From Candidatus Parcubacteria bacterium (GTDB taxonomy: Bacteria > Patescibacteriota > Minisyncoccia > Phycocordibacterales > UBA918): DNA of 44,590 nucleotides. The notes under the pieces were generated by a model, which did no database searches, had not been told where the DNA came from, and saw nothing but the letters and a program-made list of their open reading frames with translations. The DNA is taken from NCBI GenBank assembly GCA_041173745.1, contig JBEDID010000002.1, positions 1-44,590 of the forward strand, in the 5' to 3' direction. Shown piece after piece: positions 16,999-25,842 of this stretch (its first letter is position 1; each line of letters starts with the position of its first letter). The translations under genes were made by a program, and so were the position numbers.

Positions 16999-17787
16999 TT
17001 ACGCAGGACGACGATTAGTAACCGGCGCTGGACGACGATTAGTAACTGTAGTTGGTCGCCGAACTTCGACTGGTTTGGGAACAAAGGCTGCTTTTCCTTC
17101 TACATAAGCAGCTACCAACTCATCAAGAATTAGTGAGACACTACTTTGAAGTGAATCGTTAGCTACTACTGGGAATTTAATCTGTGAAGCGTCACAGTCA
17201 GAACCCATAATTGCAATTACAGGAATTTTCTTTCCCATTGCCTCTGCTACAGCAATTGTGTCATGACGTGGGTCAACCACCAACATCATGTCAGGTAACT
17301 TTGGCATTTTTGAAATACCGAAAAAATTGAAAGTCAATTTAGCTACTTCACGACCAATCACTACTCTTTCCTTCTTAGTGTACTTTCTCTCCAATTCTCC
17401 AGACTCCTTTTCGTGAGTAAGAGCTTCAAGACGATTAATACGCCGTTTGATTTCGCTGTAGTTAGTAAGCATACCGCCAATCCAACGATTGGTAACGTAT
17501 GGTGATTCAGTTTTTTCAGCGGCAGTCTTCACGATAAGTGAAGCTTCGTCTTTTGTACCGACGAATAATACTGTTTTACCTAGTTGACCAGCGTCTCTAA
17601 GTGCGTCCTTGGCTGCTTCTAGTAAGGCGGTAGTTTTTTCGAGATCGAAGATGTCGTTACCATCCTTTGTTGTGTAAAGGAATGGTACAACAGTTGGGTG
17701 ACGGCGACTTTTCTTGAATCCAAAATGAGACCCAGCTTTGAAAAGACGGTCGATGAATGAAGTTTTATCGGTTGTTGTAGTTGACAT
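16999..17787 (-). CDS. rpsB: 30S ribosomal protein S2 with repeated basic C-terminal extension
   Basis: 262 aa. GSHFGFKKSRRHPTV, FVGTKDEA, YVTNRWIGGMLTN. C-terminus VTNRRPAPVTNRRPA, encoded by an exact 17-nt repeat with 24-nt period (17006-17022 / 17030-17046). Confidence 0.93.
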   Translation of the reverse strand: MSTTTTDKTSFIDRLFKAGSHFGFKKSRRHPTVVPFLYTTKDGNDIFDLEKTTALLEAAKDALRDAGQLGKTVLFVGTKDEASLIVKTAAEKTESPYVTNRWIGGMLTNYSEIKRRINRLEALTHEKESGELERKYTKKERVVIGREVAKLTFNFFGISKMPKLPDMMLVVDPRHDTIAVAEAMGKKIPVIAIMGSDCDASQIKFPVVANDSLQSSVSLILDELVAAYVEGKAAFVPKPVEVRRPTTVTNRRPAPVTNRRPA

Positions 17788-17865
17788 AATAATTTATATA
17801 GGCAAAAAGCGAGTTAACGCTCGAGCTGCGAGATATTACCATAAGCACCAAGCGAGTGCAATAGG

Positions 17866-18861
17866 TTAATCTTCATCTTCTCCAGTAATTAGGCCGTCGC
17901 CAGAAGCAAACGCTTGTAAAGTTTCAATAATCGGAGCCAAGTTTCCGCCGAGTGTAGCCTCGATAGTGTGCCATGATTGCTTAATACGGTGGTCGGTAAT
18001 ACGGTTTTGTGGAAAGTTGTAAGTCCGGATTTTTTCTGACCGGTCACCCGTACCAATCTGGTTCTTCCTCACTTCAGCATGTTTACGTATCTGTTCTTCT
18101 TCATGCAGAGCTTCTAACTTTGCAATTAAAGTGGTCATTGCCTTTTCGCGGTTTTTAAGTTGCGATCGATCGGTCTCACAACGCACGTCGATTCCCGTTG
18201 GTCGGTGAATCAGACGGACCGCGGTTTCTACTTTATTAACATTCTGTCCACCAGCTCCACCGGCTCGAGAGAATTCCATATCAATATCACTAGGATTGAT
18301 TTGAATTGTCGGCTTCTTACGCATCGGCAACATTGCTACTGAGGCAGTCGAGGTATGAATCCTACCCTGCTTCTCAGTGGCTGGGATACGCTGTACGCGG
18401 TGTACTCCGGTTTCGTAACGCAAGTGGTCATAGACGTTCTTCCCGAGTATCTCGAACGAAGCTTCTTTATAACCACCAGCTTCAGTTGCTGACACATGCT
18501 CGCGCGTGGCCGGCCAATGATTAAGTTCGGCGTACGTTAAGTACATACTGGCCAGCTCAGCCGCAAACAGTGAGGCTTCATCCCCACCGGCTCCAGCTCG
18601 CACTTCCAGAATCACTCCATACGGTCTTTCTTCCTCTTCTTTACCAGCTTCTAGAATACGCTCCATTTCAGCGTACTGCGTAGTAAGTTGCGCAGTCAGA
18701 CCATCAATCTCTTCTCGCGCCAGCTCAGCCATGTCTGGATCACTCTCAGCCATTGCTTCTGATTCAGCGCGTTGTTTCAGCAACATATCAAAATGGCTCG
18801 CTAAAAATTGCGTCTTATGATTGTCGCGAAAGGTTTGTAATGTTTCTTCAGAAAATTCCAT
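17866..18861 (-). CDS. prfA: Peptide chain release factor 1
   Basis: 331 aa. GGQ motif ([20 protein letters not shown]). RF1-type tripeptide P-A-T in [16 protein letters not shown] (the RF2 SPF motif is absent). Confidence 0.88.
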   Translation of the reverse strand: MEFSEETLQTFRDNHKTQFLASHFDMLLKQRAESEAMAESDPDMAELAREEIDGLTAQLTTQYAEMERILEAGKEEEERPYGVILEVRAGAGGDEASLFAAELASMYLTYAELNHWPATREHVSATEAGGYKEASFEILGKNVYDHLRYETGVHRVQRIPATEKQGRIHTSTASVAMLPMRKKPTIQINPSDIDMEFSRAGGAGGQNVNKVETAVRLIHRPTGIDVRCETDRSQLKNREKAMTTLIAKLEALHEEEQIRKHAEVRKNQIGTGDRSEKIRTYNFPQNRITDHRIKQSWHTIEATLGGNLAPIIETLQAFASGDGLITGEDED

Positions 18862-18950
18862 AAAGCAATAGTACCGAATCTTTCTTTAATAGCAAGCAGG
18901 CAAATCATTTTGTTCAGTTTATAAGAAGAGAATTTGTCTGCCTTAGTCAA

Positions 18951-19051
18951 ACTAAAACCCAAAACCTTAAAAAGACACGAATCAAGTTCTCCGCTCAAAA
19001 CTGCTAGACGCAGTGTTTCCGCGAGGTCTTTTTAAGGTTGTGGTTTTTAGT
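18951..19051. repeat. ~100-bp imperfect palindromic element (26-bp arms, 49-nt core)
   Basis: 18951-18976 (ACTAAAACCCAAAACCTTAAAAAGAC) pairs with 19026-19051 (GTCTTTTTAAGGTTGTGGTTTTTAGT) with 24/26 complementary positions. Lies between the rpmE terminator and the prfA start. Confidence 0.6.
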
Positions 19052-19060
19052 TTTATATAA

Positions 19061-19097
19061 AAAATAAAAAACTGCCGAAATATTAATTCCGGCAGTT
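19061..19097 (-). terminator. rpmE rho-independent terminator
   Basis: Stem ACTGCCG(19071-19077)/CGGCAGT(19090-19096). The + strand A-run at 19061-19070 gives a T-run after the stem on the minus strand. Confidence 0.7.
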
Positions 19098-19107
19098 TCT
19101 ATTTTCA

Positions 19108-19377
19108 CTATACCTTCTTCTTGCGAGCAACAACTTTGCCAACTCGATTCTTGAAGCGCTCTACTCGTCCAGCCATGTCCATTACCTTCTCTTGTCCAGT
19201 ATAAAATGGATGAGAGGCACTAGACACATCAACGCGAGTCAATGGATACTCAACACCATCAGTCCATTTGTCAGTCGCTGTTGTTTCGATAGTTGAACCA
19301 ATCAACATTCTTTCGTCTGATGAGTTATCGTGGAAAATTACCATACGGTAGTTTTTTGGGTGAATGTCTTTTTTCAT
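19108..19377 (-). CDS. rpmE: 50S ribosomal protein L31, type B (Cys-less)
   Basis: 89 aa. MKKDIHPKNY...HPFYTG signature. No Cys residues at all, so no zinc-ribbon CxxC motifs. Confidence 0.88.
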   Translation of the reverse strand: MKKDIHPKNYRMVIFHDNSSDERMLIGSTIETTATDKWTDGVEYPLTRVDVSSASHPFYTGQEKVMDMAGRVERFKNRVGKVVARKKKV

Positions 19378-19497
19378 ATATTTATTACTTCGGCGTGCCC
19401 ATTGAAATTAATTACTTAATTTCTGGAATATAATAAGCGGACACACCTAATTTCTTGTGTCGAATACTATAACAGATGTTGCAATTTTGGCAACTGA

Positions 19498-20910
19498 CTA
19501 CTGACCTAAGATTTGAATTTCTTGGGCGAGACGGGATTTTCGATTCATTACTTGATCACCATAGAAACCATTAGCGGGATTATTAGCACCACCCCAACCG
19601 GCATAGTAACGCAAAGCCGCTGTACGGTCACCACTATACGAACCGTTCGCTCCGTTATCACGCATCAATAGTGCAGTTGCAATGAAGGCATCTTGGTTCA
19701 CGAATGGATTGGATGGGCCGCTGCCGCCATTGATACTTCGAATCGCGTCAGCCGACTGGCTATATTCCCAACCATTACCATTGTTAACAATACCGCCATA
19801 AATCGCCCACGTCGAAGGAATGAACTGCGATGGACCCATTGCTCCTCCCCAACCAACTCGGCTACCGTTTTGAATAATTGGACACGACACAGTACGAGTA
19901 AGCGGATCAAAACCAACCGCTCTAGCAATCGCTAAGAATACTGGTTCATCCCGATCAGGATGCATAACCGGTCGACTACTGTGACTATCGGTAAAGAGAC
20001 AGTTACCGAGATTGGAACCAATGTTTGTTTCTTGCTCCAAAATACCTAAAATAAGTGCAGCATCAACTCCTGTTACTTTAGACGCATATTTCGCCAAACG
20101 CACCGCTTCAGGAAAAGCAATTCCTCCACCGCCACCAAGCAAACCGAAGAGTGCGTTGCGGAGTTGTGAAGCTGTCTTCTGTTGCGAACTAAGCAGTGTC
20201 TGATATTCTTTCTCCTCGCCTTTTGTCACTGTCAGAATTTTAGATTTGTTAGCTTCCTTTATTTGAATCTCTTTTTTCTGTAGTTCTTGGATTCGTTTCA
20301 TTTCTGCCTCTGTCTCTTGCTTACCTTCCAATTGACTTTTCTGATCAATGGTGTCGCGGTGAATACCGTGTAAAACTCCGAGCGATTCATTGAGTGATTG
20401 TTTAATTGATTTAAAAGTAGCGATATCAGTAAAAAATTCCGAGAAATTTTGTTTACTGAGCATAACTTCCACCAGTGAGAATTCTTCAATTTGTGCCGAC
20501 TTACGAACCAAATCTGCTAATGAGGCCTGCTGCTTAATCGACTTTTCTGCCAAAATATCTAGCACAACTTCTTTTTCACCAATCTGGTCATAAAGCTGTT
20601 CGATAGCTAATGACCTAGCCTGAATGCCCAGTTGAGTTTTTTTAATGTCGCTTTCGATGATCGACATATCACGTTCCAAGGACTGTCGTTCACTCTGTTT
20701 ATCTTCCACCAGTCTTTGCTGAGTAAGAATTTGTCGCTCCACATTTTGTAAATCTGTCTCTAGTCGTTTTTTTCGCTCAGCGTCAGATTCAGCGTGCGTT
20801 GAAAATGGCAACAGTAAAAAAGTGGTTAATAAAATACCGGACATGTACCTTTGTATCATGTCCGGTATTATACCAGAGACTTCTGCCGATTTAGACTCGA
20901 CAAAATCCAC
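19498..20910 (-). CDS. Secreted coiled-coil protein with C-terminal MltB/SLT_2-like lytic transglycosylase domain
   Basis: 470 aa. Signal/TM (ILLTTFLLLPFSTHA; alternative start MIQRY at 20859). ~200-aa heptad-rich region. C-terminal LGILEQETN (candidate catalytic Glu) and GAMGPSQFIPSTW motif. Confidence 0.7.
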   Translation of the reverse strand: MDFVESKSAEVSGIIPDMIQRYMSGILLTTFLLLPFSTHAESDAERKKRLETDLQNVERQILTQQRLVEDKQSERQSLERDMSIIESDIKKTQLGIQARSLAIEQLYDQIGEKEVVLDILAEKSIKQQASLADLVRKSAQIEEFSLVEVMLSKQNFSEFFTDIATFKSIKQSLNESLGVLHGIHRDTIDQKSQLEGKQETEAEMKRIQELQKKEIQIKEANKSKILTVTKGEEKEYQTLLSSQQKTASQLRNALFGLLGGGGGIAFPEAVRLAKYASKVTGVDAALILGILEQETNIGSNLGNCLFTDSHSSRPVMHPDRDEPVFLAIARAVGFDPLTRTVSCPIIQNGSRVGWGGAMGPSQFIPSTWAIYGGIVNNGNGWEYSQSADAIRSINGGSGPSNPFVNQDAFIATALLMRDNGANGSYSGDRTAALRYYAGWGGANNPANGFYGDQVMNRKSRLAQEIQILGQ

Positions 20911-20918
20911 ATTTATCT

Positions 20919-21548
20919 TTATTCTGTCTCCTTCTTACCTTTTTTCTCGGCTGTAATCGCATCCATATCCACAACGACTGACTCAGCGTCCTCTTCTGCT
21001 TCTTTATTCGCAGCTACAATTACAACTACTTCATCAGCTTCGGCAGAAATTTTTACTCCAGTACCAACCTTTAAATCACCGATAGTGATTCGGTCTTCAA
21101 CTGTAACCAAGACACTTAGGTCAACATCAATGTTTGATGGCAAGTTAGCGGGTAGACAAACTACTTCTACTTCATGAATAATTTTTGACACTGAACCATT
21201 CTTTGCCTGCTCAACCGGAGCTTCACCAATAAAGTGCAGAGCAACATTAGCTGTCATTTCTTTACCTCGTTCGATGGCATAAAAATCTACATGCATCACT
21301 CGTTGTTTCACTGGATTAAAATCAATATCCTTAACTAGTACTTCAATTGATTTTTCTAAACCAGTCAATTCTACAATGGTTGATTCACCGGCGACTTTAC
21401 GAATTTTATCAAACTCTTGTTCATCAAGAGTGATATTAAGGGGAACTTGTTTTGGACCGTAGATTACTGCTGGTATTAGGCTACTAGTTCGTAAAACTTC
21501 TGTCTTTATCGATTCGTCACGCTTCGTGACGGCTAATGTGATTGTCAT
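20919..21548 (-). CDS. rplY: 50S ribosomal protein L25 / general stress protein Ctc
   Basis: 209 aa. LRTSSLIPAVIYG, two-domain Ctc length, acidic C-terminal tail. Confidence 0.85.
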   Translation of the reverse strand: MTITLAVTKRDESIKTEVLRTSSLIPAVIYGPKQVPLNITLDEQEFDKIRKVAGESTIVELTGLEKSIEVLVKDIDFNPVKQRVMHVDFYAIERGKEMTANVALHFIGEAPVEQAKNGSVSKIIHEVEVVCLPANLPSNIDVDLSVLVTVEDRITIGDLKVGTGVKISAEADEVVVIVAANKEAEEDAESVVVDMDAITAEKKGKKETE

Positions 21549-21647
21549 AATCTCTACAGCGTACCACAGTTTTATACTTCGTCACTAAACAGCAATACTC
21601 CCCACCACTGTAAATTGCTCCGCCGGTCGATGTTATACTCACTGGGT

Positions 21648-22652
21648 ATGTCACAACAATACGATTTTGTCGCCATCGGCGATATACTCATTGACGCTTT
21701 TATTGAATTAAACAAAGACGAAGCCGACGTATCCATCGACCTCGACTCAGGTCGAAAAACTCTACACATGCCGTTTGGAGGAAAACTACCCTACAATGAC
21801 ATAACTGTCATTAATGCGGTGGGAAACTCCCCTAACGCCGCTGTAGCCGCCCACCGCCTCGGTTTAGAAACTGCCCTAGTAACCAACCTTGGTAACGACC
21901 GTAATGGTAAAGATTGTTTAGAAGCGTTGCGGCACGAAGGGGTTCATACCGATTTCGTAAAATTGCATGAAGGCAAAGTTACCAACTATCACTATGTGTT
22001 GCGGTACGGACCAGAGCGCACTATTCTAATCAAACACGAACATTACCCTTACTCATTACCAGACTTCCCTGTTGCACCACGTTACTTTTACTTCTCCTCA
22101 GTGGGAGACCACGGTATTCCTTATCATCATGAAATCGCTGATTACGTAAAAAATAATGAGACCAAATTAGTCTTCCAACCAGGCACCTTCCAGATTAAAG
22201 TTGGAGTTGACGCAATCCGCGACATCTATGAAAATACTGAAATCTTCTTCTGCAATAAAGAAGAAGCTCAAGAAATTCTCAAGAATGAAGAGCAACATAT
22301 TCCAACTCTTATCCGTGGCTTGCGCGAACTCGGACCAAAGATTCCAGTTGTAACTGACGGACCAAACGGAGCCTTTACTATCGATACTGATGATCAAGCT
22401 TGGTTCATGCCAATGTATCCAGATCCAGCTCCACCAGTTGATCGTACCGGTGCCGGAGATTCATTCTCTTCCACTTTTACCGCCGCTATAATCTTAGGAA
22501 AAGACCCAGCTGAAGCGCTATCATGGGGACCAATCAACTCCATGAACGTCGTTCAATATGTCGGCGCGCAAGCAGGTTTACTTACTAAAGAAGAACTAAT
22601 CAAGCACCTTGATAACCGACCAGAAGAATACCAAGCTACAAAAATAAACTAA
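21648..22652 (+). CDS. PfkB-family carbohydrate/nucleoside kinase
   Basis: The ORF track starts at TTG 21615. ATG 21648 gives MSQQYDFVAIGDILID, the typical PfkB N-terminus. C-terminal signature DRTGAGDSFSSTF. Confidence 0.8.
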   Translation: MSQQYDFVAIGDILIDAFIELNKDEADVSIDLDSGRKTLHMPFGGKLPYNDITVINAVGNSPNAAVAAHRLGLETALVTNLGNDRNGKDCLEALRHEGVHTDFVKLHEGKVTNYHYVLRYGPERTILIKHEHYPYSLPDFPVAPRYFYFSSVGDHGIPYHHEIADYVKNNETKLVFQPGTFQIKVGVDAIRDIYENTEIFFCNKEEAQEILKNEEQHIPTLIRGLRELGPKIPVVTDGPNGAFTIDTDDQAWFMPMYPDPAPPVDRTGAGDSFSSTFTAAIILGKDPAEALSWGPINSMNVVQYVGAQAGLLTKEELIKHLDNRPEEYQATKIN

Positions 22653-22666
22653 AATTAGTTTAACGT

Positions 22667-22702
22667 AAAACAGGCAGATCAGATTGGTCTGCCTGTTTTT
22701 TA
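22667..22702 (+). terminator. Rho-independent terminator of the kinase gene
   Basis: AAACAGGCAGA(22668-22678)/TCTGCCTGTTT(22688-22698) followed by a T-run. Confidence 0.8.
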
Positions 22703-22730
22703 TTATCAAATTATTGTTCGGTTACAAAAT

Positions 22731-22764
22731 TATAAATCGGTCGGCCCAAAGGGCCGACCGATTC
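22731..22764 (-). terminator. Rho-independent terminator of the gap-rpiB-rpe-tkt operon
   Basis: AATCGGTCGGCCC(22735-22747)/GGGCCGACCGATT(22751-22763). T-rich tract follows on the minus strand. Confidence 0.75.
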
Positions 22765-22787
22765 ACTTCTTACTTCAGCTAAAATAA

Positions 22788-23774
22788 CTAACCTAGCAAC
22801 TTTCGAGCCGCGGCTACAATTGAAGGAGTATCCATTCCATAATGCACAATCAATTCATCTGGCTCGCCTGACTGACCAAACATATCACGAACACCAATTC
22901 GAATCATTTTGGTAGGAATCGTTTCCGACAGATGTTCTGCCACTGCACTACCGAGTGCGCCAATTATTTGATGTTCTTCAACCGTCACGATTGCTCCATG
23001 CTCAGACGCGAAGGCTTCTAGAGCCGCTCCGTCTAGCGGTTTAATAGTTGGCATATGAAGCACCGAAGCGCCCACACCTGAACGATTAAGTTCTTCAGCG
23101 GCCATCAAAGCATTAAAGAGTAGGGCGCCGGTTACGACAATTCCTACCTTTTGTTCATGAGCCTCGTCGCGTGAATACATGCGCTGTGCCTTACCAATTT
23201 CAAATGGTGATTCTGGAGTTGTTACTACCGGTGTATTACTGCGACCAAGTCGGAAGTAAATTGGACCATCATGTTTAGCCGCCGCCAAAGTAACTTTTCT
23301 AGCTTCATGAACATCGGCTGGAGCAATCACTATCATGTTAGGAATAGCGCGCATGATAGCCATGTCTTCAATCGCCTGATGAGTCGCGCCGTCTGGCCCA
23401 ACTGATATCCCCGCATGAGCACCAACAATCTTCACATTACTATTGTTATACGCAATCGTAGTGCGAATTTGTTCCCAGTTGCGACCAGGTGAAAACATCG
23501 CGTAGGATGCAATAAACGGAATCTTTCCCATTGCTGCCATACCAGAAGCGACAGAAGCCATACTTTGTTCAGCAATTCCAACTTGAATAAAGCGCTCTGG
23601 AAAAGCTTCGGCAAAATCATTAGTGCGAGTTGATTCAGTCAAATCGCAACACAATGCTACTACTTGAGCATCACGCTTTCCAGCCTCGAGTAGTCCTTCG
23701 CCATAACCATTACGAGTCGGTATTCTTTCGACAGTATCAGGGGCGAGATTTGGTTGTAAGTGTTGTGCAAACAT
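22788..23774 (-). CDS. tkt: Transketolase, C-terminal (pyrimidine-binding) subunit of a split enzyme
   Basis: 328 aa. PTRNGYGEGL, GIAEQSMASVASGMA, GATHQAIEDMAIMRAIPN. 2-nt gap to the N-terminal subunit gene. Confidence 0.9.
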   Translation of the reverse strand: MFAQHLQPNLAPDTVERIPTRNGYGEGLLEAGKRDAQVVALCCDLTESTRTNDFAEAFPERFIQVGIAEQSMASVASGMAAMGKIPFIASYAMFSPGRNWEQIRTTIAYNNSNVKIVGAHAGISVGPDGATHQAIEDMAIMRAIPNMIVIAPADVHEARKVTLAAAKHDGPIYFRLGRSNTPVVTTPESPFEIGKAQRMYSRDEAHEQKVGIVVTGALLFNALMAAEELNRSGVGASVLHMPTIKPLDGAALEAFASEHGAIVTVEEHQIIGALGSAVAEHLSETIPTKMIRIGVRDMFGQSGEPDELIVHYGMDTPSIVAAARKLLG

Positions 23775-23776
23775 AA

Positions 23777-24673
23777 TTATGAAATATCTTGAGCTGCAAT
23801 AGTACCGGCTAAAGTGCGGAGTTTTCTCAGAGCGACGGCTGCTTGCTCACCCTTAGGAATCCGATCTTCTGGACCTTTACCGGGAGGATTACCATGCCAG
23901 CGAAAATCACGCTCAAATACATCTACTCCCTTAGAAGCAATTGTGTGAGCGATAATTACTGAAGGTTGACTGTAGACAGCTTGAGCTTTTCCAATTGCGT
24001 CATTCATAGCTCGAATGTTATGACCATCAACTTCTTGGACATCAAAGTTAAAAGCTTCAAATTTTTCAGAGAGTGGCTCTAAGGGCATCACATCTTTGGT
24101 ATAGCCATCAATCTGAATTCCATTACGATCAACAATCATAATTAGATTGCTGAGTTGTTCTTTACCAGCCAGCATGAGAGCTTCCCAAATCTGTCCTTCA
24201 TTTAACTCACCATCACCAGTTAGACAGTAGAAGAATTTTGAAGAGTAAGGGTTATCCATCCGCTCAGCCAAAGCCATTCCTAAAGCTTGCGACAAACCAG
24301 AACCGAGTGGACCCGAACTTGTCTCAATACCAGGTAAAGTGCCACGATGAGGATGACCTTGTAAACGACTACCAAACTTTCGTAATGTTAAAAGTTCTTC
24401 TATAGGAAAATATCCAGCATGCGCCAATGTTGCATATAGGATTGGACAAATATGTCCATTTGAAAGAACCAATCGATCACGGTCGGCCCAATCTGGATTT
24501 TCTGGATCGTGTTTTAAGATGCCAAAATATAATAAAGTAAAAATATCTGCCATCCCTAATGGACCAGCAGTATGACCGCTGCCCGCCTCGGTAAGCATTT
24601 CAATCACGCTTTGGCGAATTATATTCGCCTTTCGTTCAAGCGCACGAACTTCGTCTGATGTAAGGTACTGCAT
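23777..24673 (-). CDS. tkt: Transketolase, N-terminal (TPP-binding) subunit of a split enzyme
   Basis: 298 aa. GSGHTAGPLGMADI, DRLVLSNGH, TGDGELNEGQIWEA (TPP-binding GDG-x-N motif). Confidence 0.9.
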   Translation of the reverse strand: MQYLTSDEVRALERKANIIRQSVIEMLTEAGSGHTAGPLGMADIFTLLYFGILKHDPENPDWADRDRLVLSNGHICPILYATLAHAGYFPIEELLTLRKFGSRLQGHPHRGTLPGIETSSGPLGSGLSQALGMALAERMDNPYSSKFFYCLTGDGELNEGQIWEALMLAGKEQLSNLIMIVDRNGIQIDGYTKDVMPLEPLSEKFEAFNFDVQEVDGHNIRAMNDAIGKAQAVYSQPSVIIAHTIASKGVDVFERDFRWHGNPPGKGPEDRIPKGEQAAVALRKLRTLAGTIAAQDIS

Positions 24674-24716
24674 ATTATTTTACTATTATAGCAACCAGCT
24701 ACTCAATGGGAAAATG

Positions 24717-25373
24717 TTAATCGTTAATAAGTGCCATTAAAGCTTCGTGCGCTGCTTCGGGATTGATCTGTTTAACAATCTCCGAACCACAAATGAACCG
24801 ATCGGCTCCGGCTTTTTTTAAGCGCTTGATAGTAGAAGCATTCACACTTCCATCAATCGTAATCGACAGGGCCGGGAATTTATTTTTCACTGTAGCGATT
24901 TTTTCAAACACCGCTTCGTCAAACGGTTGCCCTTGATAACCAATTTGGTGAATACCCATCAGTTGAACATAATCAGCATATTGAGCGTATTCCAACAAAG
25001 TTTCGATTGGGGTTTCACCACTACAGCTAACTCCGATTGAAGCAACAGTTTGCTCGACAAAAGTCTTAAATACTTCTAACGAAATTGTTTCGACATGGAA
25101 AACTAGCATATCAGCCCCCGCTGCGACCCATCTCGTTGCCGCTGCAATCGGCTCTGCGACCATTAAATCGACTTCTAATGTATAGGCATCAAGTACCGGC
25201 TTCACAGCCATCGGTTCGCCTAATGGCTCATATGGCCACGAGCTAGTTGGGACAAAAATGCCATCTACTATATCTAGATGAAATTCCCTTGAGAAATGAA
25301 GCGCTGTTGCCATCTCGAACACTTCAGCCTGACTTTTAGGAATCACGGCTGGGACAATCTGTGAATATTTCAT
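24717..25373 (-). CDS. rpe: Ribulose-phosphate 3-epimerase family protein (divergent)
   Basis: 218 aa. HLDIVDGIFVP, VDLMVAEP, MLVFHVE, ITIDGSVN, GADRFICGSEI align with the Rpe TIM-barrel signature. Start overlaps the rpiB stop (ATGA, 25370-25373). Confidence 0.72.
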   Translation of the reverse strand: MKYSQIVPAVIPKSQAEVFEMATALHFSREFHLDIVDGIFVPTSSWPYEPLGEPMAVKPVLDAYTLEVDLMVAEPIAAATRWVAAGADMLVFHVETISLEVFKTFVEQTVASIGVSCSGETPIETLLEYAQYADYVQLMGIHQIGYQGQPFDEAVFEKIATVKNKFPALSITIDGSVNASTIKRLKKAGADRFICGSEIVKQINPEAAHEALMALIND

Positions 25374-25834
25374 AAGTGAATTGATCGGGTTATCGTTTCT
25401 ATTTTTTTATTTCGACGGCGATATTTTTCGTCAGTTAAAGCGTCAGTGTGTAGCCAGTCCCAAATCACCTTTTTGGTCACATCAAGCGTGACGAAACGGG
25501 CACCAATCGACAAAATATTTGAATCGTTATGTTGCCTAGATAGGACCGGAATAGATTCTTCCCCACCGTAGAACACAGCGGCACGGACGTTAGGAAAGCG
25601 ATTTGCTACCATGGCCTCACCCTGTCCTGAACCACCGAAAATAATTGCTCTAGCACTACCATCTTCATTACTCACCGCCTGTGCTGCTTCTGAAATAAAA
25701 TCTGGAAAGTCGTCTTCGTCGTACAACACTGTCGCACCATGATCTACCACTTTGTAACCCTCACTCCTGAGCCATTTAGCAACCTCTACCTTATGGGCAA
25801 AGCCAGCATGGTCAGTTGCTAAATGAATAGTCAT
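25370..25834 (-). CDS. rpiB: Ribose-5-phosphate isomerase B
   Basis: 154 aa. IHLATDHAGF...KVVDHG, IIFGGSGQGEAMVANR (RpiB/LacAB family). Ends in TGA. Confidence 0.88.
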   Translation of the reverse strand: MTIHLATDHAGFAHKVEVAKWLRSEGYKVVDHGATVLYDEDDFPDFISEAAQAVSNEDGSARAIIFGGSGQGEAMVANRFPNVRAAVFYGGEESIPVLSRQHNDSNILSIGARFVTLDVTKKVIWDWLHTDALTDEKYRRRNKKIETITRSIHL

Positions 25835-25842
25835 GGTGCTTA

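Noticed and set aside
25370-25373. Possible UGA recoding (code 25/4), prompted by the rarity of TGA stops (2 of ~41 CDS) and the presence of only RF1 in the window
   Set aside because: TGA terminates rpiB at the expected length in an ATGA stop/start overlap, and it ends the RelE-like toxin at its expected length. No conserved gene here needs read-through of an in-frame TGA. The rarity is consistent with low GC content.
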